A DNA stretch of 64,000 nt from Carcharhinus longimanus. Its lineage: Eukaryota. The position numbers and the translations under genes were made by a program. The stretch covers positions 59,874,691 through 59,938,690 of the forward strand of contig JASCQW010000032.1 of assembly GCA_030264375.1 (NCBI GenBank). The letters are read 5' to 3'. The notes under the pieces were generated by a model. The model was not told where the DNA came from and made no database searches. It was given only the letters and a program-made list of their open reading frames with translations. Each line of letters opens with the position of its first letter. Positions within the stretch are counted from its first letter, which is position 1. This document shows, piece by piece, positions 39,346-51,480 of this stretch.

Positions 39346-40061
39346 TGATTGTCCCAACACGGCAACATTCAATCCCCTCAACCTTAACTACCAACACCAC
39401 CAGACCCCCTGCCCCCACCCCACTCCCACAAAGTCCCTCTGTTTAGCAAGAATTAAGTTCCGGTGCCATACTATAATGGATGAGATATGGTAAGTGATTT
39501 TTTTTTAACAGAGGTACATTGGCATTATTAACAGTACCTTTGGTGTGTTACAATAACAACAATATGCCACAATTCATAGAAACTATCCCTGAAATTTAAG
39601 AAGCAAAACATAAGAAACAAAATTCCAGGTGTGGGCGGACTTTTAAATTATGTGTTTTATGCTATTAATTCCAATTTTTGCGACTCCAAAACATAGATTG
39701 CAAGTTTAGCTCTTCACTTCAATACAGCATTGGGAATATTCAAAACAAATTTGAATATTTAAATTAGAATTTAGATGTCGGCTTAATAACATTAAAATCA
39801 GCTTTGCATACATGGAAATAAAATAATAAATTAACATCAGGAAGTTCAAACACAAACTCAGGCTGATATTGATGACAGAAATAAAATTGATTCATTATCA
39901 TATTTTGCTAGGGAATATACTTTTGGAATGATTGCCTGTTCCAAATAATTCACTCTTGCAAAGTGCAGCTAAAACTTACTCATATTAACGGATTTGTATA
40001 TTTCATTCTTCATTTGGTATATCGTATTATTGCCTGGATTATTTCTAAGGAAACAAAACTG

Positions 40062-40101
40062 CATTGTATTAATAACTATATCAATAGTTATTAATACAAT
40101 G
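40062..40101. repeat. Perfect 18-bp inverted repeat with 4-nt spacer
   Basis: CATTGTATTAATAACTAT-ATCA-ATAGTTATTAATACAATG. Confidence 0.95.
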
Positions 40102-43100
40102 TTCTGCCTACTCTTTTAGAAAATGTGTTAACCCATTTAATTTAAATTGGCTACCATCTCTATTTAAAGGTACAGTAATTATCCTGATTGCCTTAATATT
40201 TATTATGGATATTATACAAGATTTCATCACAATTCTTTTTAACTAACTAGCTCTATATCTTGTTGCATAGAGCTATTACGATTCTAATATACATTTAGCT
40301 GCATATATTGGAATAGAATTTCATAAAATTTTAATTTGAACTATGCAAAATAATTATCTGATGACTATAATTGATTTTCGTGTGTTACCTTCTTTGATTG
40401 AACATTTCTAAATATATACAACTGCGTTATATATCCAATCAAATAGATGTCTCCTCTTAATACAAGTGCACAACAGAGAACATTGCATCTTTAACGGAGA
40501 AAAACAGAGTTTTGTGTATTCTCAGGAATCTCCCATAACAATGCTCAACAATTGTACTTATGTTCAATAACAATCGTAGCACAGATAGGATAATTTTAAG
40601 AGCTGCAATTGCTGCTAATCAAGGATTATATTACTTGTCCAGTTGACAATTAATTTATAAGATTATTTAATTTCAATATGCCAGAAGTATTTCAACACCT
40701 TGTGTAACATGAAGTTTTAATCTTTCTGCTGGAAAAAAACAATAAAAATTGCAAAGCTGACCATTGCGCTGAATGTATGTATATTTATCCATTTTGATTG
40801 AATGAACAAAATGTAAAATAATGCTCTGAGTAATATTTTTAATGAAATAAATCATAATAATACACAGTAATCAAAAACTTTGTGTGACAATGAAATTCTT
40901 TTGTGTTATTTTTGAACTAAATTGGAGAACAGCTTTGTGAAAATAACATATGCCTTTGATTCAAATGTACTAACTAATGGCACTGAAATTAGGACACAGT
41001 GAAGTTTCAGCTCTCAGCCCTTCACGAGCTAGCTCAAACACTTTAGGATTCACATACCCCTCTAACAGGACAAAACAACAGGGTAATGCTTGGTTTGCTC
41101 TGTAATTAATGATCTAACTAAGAAATGTCTGCGTTGTGTGTCTTTGAAGTGCAAGATTTTAGCGAAAAAGCTTTTATTAGTAAATTAATTGTGATTAAAA
41201 GGACTTTTAGTCCAGTGACAGATTTCATGAGTAGAAAAGTAATGAAATAATCCTAACTTAAAGATCCAAAGATATTGGAAATATTTTTAACATAAAATAC
41301 ATTAAGTAAGCATTTTTTGCTTATATAATGATTGCAATTGTAAAAAAATAGTATTTGACCCAATTAAAATTGGCCTTGCAGTCCGACATTACCATTATTA
41401 TGTCATTATGGTGTAACTTCTTTTTCTTGTTTTGTAAGAAAAGATGCAATCACATAGTTCATCCTTAATTAATTGCTTTTGTGAAGCTTTTAAAATGGAC
41501 AAATACAATACCGTGTGGTGTTGGCTAGCTTAAGGACATTTCTCATTTGTGAATTACATTATCCGTTAGGAATAGAATTACAGCTTATTACATCTAAAAA
41601 AACAATCTATAAATCAATGGCTAACACAATATTATGTAAATTTCAATTTTCAAATAGCAGTTAATAAATTCTGGAAATTATATGATTTGCGACAGCAATA
41701 ATTAAATAACCTGTACTGAATCTATTGAACTTTAAACGTTAGTCAAATTAATTCGTAAATTTGTGACGCATTCATTCTTTGTTGGCTCTAAGTAGTTACA
41801 CTAAACTTGAAGAAACATGTCAGTTTGACAGGAAATAGGCTCCTAAGCCATGCTGTTTTAATGATTTACAAAGTTTAAAAGAAGTTCCAACTATCTATTA
41901 CATATATACATACACATATACACATTTGAGCAAATACTTAATGCATGTTTTCCCTAGTAGGTATAAACGGGAAATGATTGAATGCCATTTGTGAAATGCA
42001 TGCATAAAAAATAAAACATCATGTTATCTTCTAGCCAGAAGTGGCAACATGTTTTAAAATAAGGATATTAAAAGGGTGGTTGGAAAACAAACAAGCAATT
42101 AAATCAGTACAAATTAAGTCTGGTTTCTCCACCCTGCCATTTAACTGCTGCATGTTGAAGTAAAACAAAGAACTCTGGTATGGTCAATGTTTTTGTGCAC
42201 AACTGCCTCGAAGCAACAATGCTAGTTTAATTTATATGCAAATTAAAACATAAATGAGAAAGTAAGCTCTGGAAATAGCATGACAAGATGATAAAAAATG
42301 TAATACACTTCAAAATTCCCTTTCTTAAAAGAAGAGCTGCCTGACTGGCAAATGGCCACTTTCTATTGAAATCAGTAGCTATTTTCATAGAATGTTATGT
42401 GGAATGTAAGGGTGTCCTCTGGAAGTGGAAGAAAGCTCCAACAAACATTTCTTGTGAGATCCAACATCAGGATAATTTCACAGTCTCACTTCTGACTGCT
42501 TCGTCCTGAGTTGACCAGCACCATGCAAGGCTGATCAAAGGCCATCGGAAACATCAAGTAAGAGTGAATGGGGTTAAAGTATGCTAATACAGGAGCTAAA
42601 TTTACTTTAATCCTGTTATAATACAAGTTAATGCAGAGGTGGTGGAGGGGCTTTCTGCCTTACCCCACTGATTCAGAAGGACCCCTGCAAATCATGAATA
42701 GAACCAGCTTCCTATTCTTTCTGCTGTTGAGCTTATGCTTTTGCAGATGCACACACAAGTCCCTCCTTCTACGTTTACTAAGTGTCAACAGTCGGGTGAG
42801 CAAGACTTCACAGTTCCTTAGATCAGTACTCTGTGACCTTCCACATTTAAGTACAGGACATTAGATTAAGCATTCCAGCTGTTGCTTGAATTCTGATTGT
42901 TTTTGGGGGAGGGTGATTCCAGGTTGAAAAAAAAAACTTGCCCAGAATTTTGAAATACACATAACCATTTACATTTAATTCTGGTAAGTTCCCTTTTCAT
43001 TTTTTTTGTTTAATGTAGGAGTGTTCTAATATTTCCCTGCAGAATTATATTTGTAGTTTTCATTTCAAATCCATTATATCTACTATATTTTCAGGATAAA

Positions 43101-43366
43101 CAAACCCTTTTTAGTTGTATCATGGAGGGAGAGGTCTGATCTAACGATAGTGCCTGAAATACATTCATTGCCATATTGATTGGAGCAATATTCTGCTGTT
43201 CCTCTGCATATCCATAAACATTTGAAAAAAACTCTTCTGTGTAATTGGTCAAAAGCTTGGTACAAGTTTTAATGGGTTTTAGGATGTAGACTGGCCTACC
43301 CAGTGATTCTTAAATGAGCTTCTGGTGGCCGCCAAAGGCAAACCTTTTTTCATTTGCATTAATATA

Positions 43367-44616
43367 GGGCAGAATTCTTCCATTTCGCCCGTGGTGGCTT
43401 TGGTGATGGGCAGGAGTGGAGAATCTAGCCGGAGCCAATAAGTCGGAAACTCACTGGTGTAAAATCTCAAAGCAATTCTCCCATTGGTGAGTTAATGAGG
43501 GGTGCTTCTTCCCACTGGCTGGTTGTGTGAACACCATTTGCAGTAATTTTCCTCTCATGAATGCTCATTAAAACAGCTGCCTGCTGGCATCCCATGAAGC
43601 CTTCTAATTTTCCATCACTTTGGTGTGAAAATACGTTGACCTAAAACCCAATTGCTAATGAGAGGCATGGTAGTCCTCAGTTTGCAAGAAACTTCTGAGT
43701 GAGAGCAACACTGCACTGCTGCTCCTGATGCACTATTCACGACTCTGCCAAGGCAGACCAATTCCTGCCCTCCATGCCCATGCTGAACTGCTCTTCATGG
43801 ACAGGACCAAGCTGCTGGACCCATGGGCCCTCCTGTGTCAGTACTGCACCCAGGGTTGGTGAGTAAAGGGGTCTGCTTGCCCCTGGTGCCACACAGTGGT
43901 GTCTAGCTGGACAGCACTGTGCTGTGGGATTCATGCAACAAAAGTTTGAAAGGTTCGGAGTGGAGCGCGAGGTGAGACAGGGGGTTTTGGGGGAGGAGGA
44001 CAGTGGCCTGACGAAGGCAAGGGGGAAAATGCAGAAGAAGGTCTGTGTAAGGAGATGGATGAAGAAGACAAACAATGGAAGGCAAGTAGAAGATTGAGGG
44101 GAGGCAATGTGGATCTCAACAAGACTAAATGAAAAGCTTGCCAAAAAGATGGTCAAAGGGATGCCATATCATTTACCGGAAGGGGATGTACAAAGACTCC
44201 AGAGGCAGTGAGTAGAGGTCCAAGTGGGACGGGGCACCTCGCAAGTGATGGATTTGGGGAGAGGGTGGTTGAATCAAGGAACAGACTTTTCTTTGAGGCT
44301 GCTAACCTCTGGGTTTGCTGACATCTGCTTTCCTCTGGGTTGCTGACATTTTAAATGGTCTGGTGAAGACATGTGGGCTGGAGAGTGTGATATGAATGTG
44401 CTGGAATGGTATTTAAATATGGCGTCAGAACCTTTGAGCCTGCCAGCTGATCATGGGCTGCTGGTCTGCCAGGTGACTTGGAGGGAATGTGCATGTGCAT
44501 AATTAATGAGGTGTGAAGTGCAGAACCTGGCATGGGATCTGTTCTAGCCAGTGGGAAATGTGCCACCAGAGTTGCCCCTTCACTGCACTTAGTCTCAAAA
44601 TGGAAGAATTCTACCC
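43367..44616. mobile_element. Non-autonomous PIF/Harbinger-like DNA transposon
   Basis: TIRs GGGCAGAATTCTTCCATTT / AAATGGAAGAATTCTACCC (18/19 match) with a 3-bp ATA duplication at 43364-43366 and 44617-44619. Confidence 0.85.
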
Positions 44617-44744
44617 ATAGAGTCAGAAGTAACAGGAGTGCTCCACAGCAGAACTGCAAGCTGCTATTGGCCCACATTTGCACTGTCCAGAACCTGATAG
44701 TCAGTGCTGGTGCCTGAGCTGGCTGGCTTTGCTCTGAGACTATT

Positions 44745-45110
44745 CAATGAACTATATCAGGAAACCTGAATGTTTCTTACAGCTTATCAGCTTTATGGTA
44801 ATGAAGTCCAAGGACCAACTTTGGTCAATCCTTAGGCTGATTTCTCTGAGTGTATTTTGCAGTAATTGGGCACCAACCAATTTCTCACCCACATATTTTA
44901 GCATAATTTCAAATGTATTATTATTATTACAATCCATTTACAAAATGAAAAGTTTAATTTCACCACATCTTTGTAAATATTGTGATTTCAAAATCAAAAC
45001 TAGAAAATGTCAATTAATCAGAAGTTATAGTAATTACAAAGGAACGCTGTATTTGCAAACCTATTATAATGATATCAACATAAACACACATTTATCATGA
45101 GCTATTGCCT
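44745..45110. promoter_or_regulatory. Candidate conserved non-coding element
   Basis: Non-repetitive block rich in TAAT/TTTATGG motifs; inferred. Confidence 0.35.
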
Positions 45111-46104
45111 TGTAGAAAATAATTAGATCATGCCATAGTATCTCGAAATATGCTGAAAAATAAATAGAACTACAAATCATAGAGCCCTTTAGAACTTTGC
45201 ACATGTAACAAGGTTCCTAAGTTTTCTCCTTGATTATGTTTATTTATTAACATTTATAACCTGATGTACATTGTATCATACAGTTGAATATTAGAGTCAT
45301 ATTAATCTGCTTGAAAGAGATACTTCCCACAAAACCTATTATACATACCAGCAACTAATTTATTTATACGTATTGACAAAAACTTCTGTAATTGTGATTT
45401 TACGTGAGAGAATTTAATATTTTACTGAGTGAAATATTAGATTTTAATACTAATTCTAATCCTAGATAACAAAAATAATGTTACAAAATGCTTGATAGAA
45501 AAACATATCTTTTGTTATAATTTTGAAAAGCAAAGAGGTCTGTCATATTTTGAACTATGAACTGAGCTTAACATTAAAATATATTTAAATTATTGGTATA
45601 ATCAGCAGCTTCCTCCAACACTTAAATTCTAAATTTTCAAAATATATTTCATTCTGTTGCTGACTGCATTTGAGTTTCAACAAGACCGGACCTCAACCAA
45701 GATTTTCACATTCCAATTTTCCACAGTACAGATTGCATTTAAAGAAGAATATACAATTATGATTTCACAGAAAAATTGTCTCAGATATTATGCATCTTAA
45801 ACAGCATGAGGAGAAGAATCTGTTTTCTGTTACACGGACTTGGTTGTACCTCAATCATGTTATTGATGACCTTCTTATTGATGACCCATATGACCTTCTA
45901 CCCTCTCTTCAATGCTATTTCTGCTCAACAATTTAACTAAATATACAGAGTGGATGTTATTGATCACAATTTGAAGAGGCTTTTAATTAGCAGCAATTGG
46001 ATCTATGCTTTGCCATCTCACATATAGCCTGTTGAAATGTAAATTGTACAGAATTTAACAGATCATTTTTATTGTGATTTTTTTAATGCAAGATTTAATC
46101 AGAA

Positions 46105-47770
46105 AATCATAAAATGGTTATCACACAGAAGGAGGTCATTCAGCACATGTCTGTGGCAGTTCTCTGTAAGAGCAACTCAGCTAGTCCCAATCCCCTTCTT
46201 AGCTCAGTAGTCCTGCAATTCTGTTTCTTTTGAGGTAATTACAAAATTTGCTTTTGAGTATGCCACCACCAGACTGTCAGACAATACATTCTAGGTCCTA
46301 GCCACTTGTTGGCTAAACTAATTTGTCCTCACATTGCTTTTGGGTTCTTTTGTTCTTGACCCTTCCACTAATGGGAACACTTTAGCTCTTCAAGCCTCTC
46401 ATGATTTTGAATACCTTTATCAATTCTTCACTCAACATTTTCTCCTTTAAGGAGAACAACCCTAGCTTCTCCAGTTTATCGACATAAATAAAGCCCCTCA
46501 TCCCCAGAACCATTCTTGGCATTTTGTTTTGCACTTACTCCAAAGTCTTTACTGTTTGGTGCCCAGAATTGGTCACAGTCCTCCAGTTGAGGCGAAACCC
46601 GTGTTTTAAAAAATTCACCTTGCCTTTGTACTCCATACTTCTAAAGTCTAATACCTCATTTGCCTTATCATCTGCCTTTCCAATCTGCCCTGCCACCTTC
46701 AATGATTTGTACATATATATTGTCAGATCCCTCCTGCATAAAATTCAGAATTGCACCATTTATTTTAAGTTGCATTTCCTAATTTTACCTACTAAACTGT
46801 ACAATTTCTGACTTTTCTGCATAAAATTTTATCTGCCACATGCCAGCTCATTCCACCAGCCTGTCTTAAAGTCTATCACTATCCTTTGCACAGTGCACAG
46901 CACTTCCAAGTTTTGTTTCACTGGTAAATTTTGAATTGTGCCCTGTAAACGGTACTCAAGGTCATGAAAAAAGATCAAGAACAGTAGTTATCCTGGAATG
47001 GAAACCTGGGGAATTCCACTATGTATCTTTCTCCAGTACAAAAAAACAACTGTTCACCACAACGCTCTGTTTTCTGTCACTCAGCAGCCTTCACATCTAT
47101 ACTGCGCCTGTACTTGTCATGCATGCCCTTCTCTGTTTCATCTTCATCATTATCTCTTTCATCATCCAGGGAACTCTGTCATAGTTTGTCCTACCTTTCC
47201 CCTGGTGGGAATGCACATTGACTCTATTTCCTTTTTTGGTCAATTACAGTTTTACCAGCCAATCTTTAATTCTAATTTATTTGGGTCAAATCCATTCTCA
47301 TCCCATTGAAATTGTCCCTCTCCCAATTAATTATTTTCTCCCTGATTTGTTCCCTGTCCTTTTCCATAGCTAAACCTTATGACACTATGATCACTGTCCC
47401 TAAATGTTCCCCTGCTGATGCTTAGTTAACTTGTCCCACCTCCTTTTCCAGAACCGGATCCAGCAATGTCTCCTTTCTCAGTAGACTGGAAACTTCTTAA
47501 TCAATAAAATTCTCCCTAACACACTTCAGAAAAATTTCTATTCCCTTTACATTCATTATCCTAATTTAAACTAGGATAGTAATTTTGCAAGCCTTTGCAA
47601 TTCCTTTGAAAATGTGTTCAATATTCTTCCCACTCATTGGCAGACTATAGAATACAGCTAGCAGTGCAATGGTATTTTTATTGCTTATTAGCTCCAACTA
47701 AATAGATTCTGTCCTTAACTCCAATAAAACATTTCATTTCTCCAGCACTGCAATATTACCCTTAATCAAC
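46105..47770 (-). mobile_element. Decayed CR1-like LINE fragments
   Basis: Reverse 3' tail (TCATAAAATGGTTATCACACAGAAGGAGGTCATTCAG) and ORF2-like reverse sequence (GGTGCCCAGAATTGGTCACAG). Confidence 0.75.
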
Positions 47771-47794
47771 ACTATCAGATGCACCATGGTAGGG

Positions 47795-48092
47795 GTGTCA
47801 GGGTGGCACAGTGGTTAGCACTGCTGCCTCATAGCACCAGGGACCCAGGTTCAATTCTGGCCTTGGGCGACTGTGTAGAGTTTGTACATTCTCATTGTGT
47901 CTGTGTGTGTTTCCTTTGGGTGTTCCGATTTCCTCCCATAGCCCAAAGGGTTAGGTTGATTGGCCATGCTAAATTGGTCCTTAACATCAGGAGGATTATA
48001 TGTGGGGTTACAGGGATAGGGTTGGGCGGGATTTCTGCCGGTGTAAGCTCGATGGGCTGATGGCCTCCTTCTGTACTGTAGAGATTCTGTAG
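47795..48092 (+). mobile_element. tRNA-derived HE1/V-SINE-like SINE
   Basis: Pol III A-box TGGCACAGTGG, B-box GGTTCAATTC, central V-like domain, CR1-type tail ATGGCCTCCTTCTGTACTGTAG. Confidence 0.9.
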
Positions 48093-49269
48093 ATAAATCC
48101 TATTATAAATTACTGAAGTAAACATTTAAATTTTCATTTTCAATCTTGATTAAATTGTATTAAGCAAAGATATATTAATTTTTGATGAATACTATTTTTG
48201 ACTTCAGTATAAAAAGTGTATAAGAATATGGTTGGAATACCATTTAAGGACTAATTGTTTGCAATACTTACATACTTCAAATCAACAGTCTTAGTTACGA
48301 AGTTACAAGTTGAATATATAGCATAATGCAATGTATATTCTCATTTAAATTAAAACAATCTAACTTCATGGATAATAGCTTAGCTTTATACAGAAAAACA
48401 GATGGGTTGGAGTATGTTGTGTCCTGATCATGTCACAAGTTCTAACATTGTATTCCAGCTTTTGACTCTCAGCTGCCTAGCTGTTATTTATTAAGTATGC
48501 ACATAATGTATAACTTGTTAACTTGGAAACTATTCTTGAGATTGTGGGTCATGTTCTATGACTGAAATGCATTAGTATGTTAGACCTTAAAGCACACTTC
48601 CTCAGCCATATGATATTGTGTAGTGAGAAGTGAGAAGAAGGGGACAAAACAGTGTCATTGCTTGTTCATTCCATACACTATGAGATTTTAGCCTGTGTTT
48701 CATATTCAAATAATCATTCACGTTGTGAAACATAGCATTGTTTTAATTGATGAGCAAAGTAATAAGTGGAAAACTGAACTGTTCTTTTCAGACACCAATA
48801 TATTCAACCTGCTTCTTACAGCTGTTCAGATTTATTTTTCCTTCTTTTGGTGTTTATCAATGTGTCTTGTTTTTGATATTTCTGTTTTAGTATCTACAAC
48901 TGACATCAAGCAATATTAAATTATATATATATACTACAGGGGTAATCAAAATACAAGACTCTCAATTCTAAAAATAATAAANNNNNNNNNNNNNNNNNNN
49001 NNNNNNNNNNNNNNNNNNNNNNNNNNNNNNNNNNNNNNNNNNNNNNNNNNNNNNNNNNNNNNNNNNNNNNNNNNNNNNNNNTCAATTCTAAAAATAATAA
49101 ATAAATTGACTCATATCATGTCTGATCATACTGAAACACTGCAAACCAGTTCATAAAATGAATTATTTTCAATATTTCATCTCACTAATGAGACTTAGCA
49201 CCAATTTCAGAAATGTACCCCTGCTGTACCAGTGTGAATTTTCCCATTTCCCACATTAACCATTTTAAT

Positions 49270-49465
49270 GTTTCCTCATGTGAGTGCCATTTAATGCCAA
49301 TTTATGTCTTCGCTCACAAGAAGCTGGATTGAGAATGCCCAAATGCATTTCATGTAGAACCCATACTGCTAGTAAGGAAAGAGAATTTTCACCCCATCTG
49401 TCTGCTGGATTAGAATCGAGGTCCCGGATGTAAAAGGTCAGCATGTTAACACAATGTACCCCACA
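49270..49465 (-). mobile_element. LF-SINE-like element, 5' half
   Basis: Minus strand CCTTTTACATCCGGGACCTCGATTCTAATCCAGC...ACATGAAATGCATTTGGGCATTCTCAATCCAGCTTC...AATTGGCATTAAATGGCAC parallels the recalled LF-SINE consensus. Confidence 0.5.
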
Positions 49466-49897
49466 CACTGCCCTTTTCAATCCACTTCAAGAGCTTCAGA
49501 AGTTTAAGGTTTTACTGCCTGTCGGTACCAATTGCTGAGCAATTCTATGTTTAATGAAATAATGCTTTAAGATGGCACTTTTTTTTTACAGTTAATGAAG
49601 TGAAATCCTTGACAGAGACCTGGAAACTGATAAATGGAATCTGTCGGATTTATCGAAAAGTTGATAGGTGATATGCAACATACAAAGATCCTATAATCTT
49701 TCGGCACACGGATGTGGTTTTATAATTTAGCCAATGGCATTTCAGGAAGCAGCAAGTATGGGGTGTGTAATTAAGAAATACTAATATGGAGTAACTCCCA
49801 AGGCATGTGATGCTGCCCAAATTCCACAAAAGACACACACTCGTAAAGTGGAACAAAATATCATTATCCTAGATCAGATGTTGCAGTTGTTCCTTGC

Positions 49898-50092
49898 TTT
49901 TGAATGGACCTGCCTCATATTAAGCTGATCTTTCTCTACACCTTATCTATAGCTGCAACACCATACTCTTCATCCTCTCCTTCTCTTCTCCCCTATGTAC
50001 TCTGTGAATGGTACATTGTTCTGTATAGCATGCAAGAAACAATACTTCTCACTGTATTCCAAAATATGTGACAATAATAAATCAGATCAAAT
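49898..50092 (+). mobile_element. Rex1/Babar-like LINE 3' UTR
   Basis: CAAGAAACAATACTTCTCACTGTA...ATGTGACAATAATAAATCAGATCAAAT tail. Confidence 0.6.
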
Positions 50093-51029
50093 TACAGTGA
50101 TTTGTTTTTATCTACAGTAGGAGTAATGTGAACATAGTTGAACAGTGATTTTATAAATATGCTTCCTGTTTTCTATTTCCGTAGTAGTACCTTTATGGAT
50201 GATTGGTTAGTTTATTGATATTAAAGGCCTCAAGGATCTCAGAAGTAAACAAATATATTTTATACGAATATATTTTAGAATATAGTGGCTGAATATATTG
50301 TGATAAACCATTGAAATTAATTGCATAATAATAATTTCTGAATTACAGATCAAAAATTTAATATATATTAATAACTGCAAACTGTCTTTGTTATTTTATT
50401 CATTCATTTCAAAACAAGAAATTCACAAAGACACCACATTAACATGTGACACCCGTTCATTTCAAGGCTTAAATGGTAATAACCATTTACTGATTGTGGG
50501 GTTAAATGGATATTAGTACTGTTCTTCCACCCAGAGCCTGATTGGTTTTATTGTCTAGTGCTCAGGCCATATTATTTCTTTAGTGTAGAATAGGAGACTT
50601 CAGATTTTTTTTTATTAATGGCATGGAAACTTTGAATTAATTAGAGTTACACATTGGTAAAAATGAGAGCAAAAGGGGAAATGGCAAGAGCACAGGACTG
50701 CTAAAGGAATACTTGATCAATAAAAGCTGGATAGACTGGGGGACATTTCTCTAGAAAAAAGAAGTTGAAGCATAACCCAAGAGAGGTTTTTAAGACTATG
50801 AAAGAATTTGATAGGGCAGTTCAAGAGAAAATATTTCCGCTCGTGGGAGAGTTCAAAACTAAAGGTAATCAATATGAGATAGTTACTAATAAGAACATAA
50901 GAACATAAGAAAACTTCAGGAGAAAGTTCTTTATCCAAAGAACAGTAAAGTTCTGTAACACTGTACCACAAGAAGTAGTTTGCAAAAATTGCAAATTTGG
51001 AAAAAACAAAGTCCCCAGAATAGGAATGT

Positions 51030-51150
51030 GATAGTGACCAGATAATCTGTTTCTGTGATATTGATTGAGGGATGCACATTGGCGATTTTTCATTGAGGTT
51101 AATTCAACTGCCTTTTCTTCAGATCAGTGCCATGGGTTCTTTTGTATCTC
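51030..51150 (-). mobile_element. DeuSINE-like fragment
   Basis: GACCAGATAATCTGTTT...GATTGAGGGAT...CAGTGCCATGGGTTCTTTT. Confidence 0.6.
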
Positions 51151-51164
51151 ACAGTAAAACGTCT

Positions 51165-51480
51165 CAGAACACCAGGTTAAAGTCCAACCAATTTATTTGA
51201 TAGTAATCCCACAAGCTTTCGGAAACGCTGTTCCTTCATCAGGTNNNNNNNNNNNNNNNNNNNNNNNNNNNNNNNNNNNNNNNNNNNNNNNNNNNNNNNN
51301 NNNNNNNNNNNNNNNNNNNNNNNNNNNNNNNNNNNNNNNNNNNNNNNNNNNNNNNNNNNNNNNNNNNNNNNNNNNNNNNNNNNNNNNNNNNNNNNNNNNN
51401 NNNNNNNNNNNNNNNNNNNNNNNNNNNNNNNNNNNNNNNNNNNNNNNNNNNNNNNNNNNNNNNNNNNNNNNNNATAACCT
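51165..51480 (-). mobile_element. Penelope-like element terminal repeat (spans N-gap)
   Basis: AACACCAGGTTAAAGTCCAAC...AAGCTTTCGGAAACGCTGTTCCTTCATCAGGT, a typical shark Penelope-like pLTR (recalled). Confidence 0.7.
51208..51244 (-). ncRNA. Minimal type I hammerhead ribozyme motif
   Basis: AC-CTGATGA-A-GGAA-CAGCGT-TTCC-GAAA-GCTT-GTG: intact core boxes, 4-bp stem II, palindromic AAGCTT stem III. Confidence 0.65.

Noticed and set aside
47795-47870. tRNA-like A/B boxes (also at 53990, 54562 and ~62100)
   Set aside because: These are SINE heads, not tRNA genes; they continue into SINE bodies
48962-49101. 20-bp direct repeat across a gap
   Set aside because: Same 100-N overlap artefact
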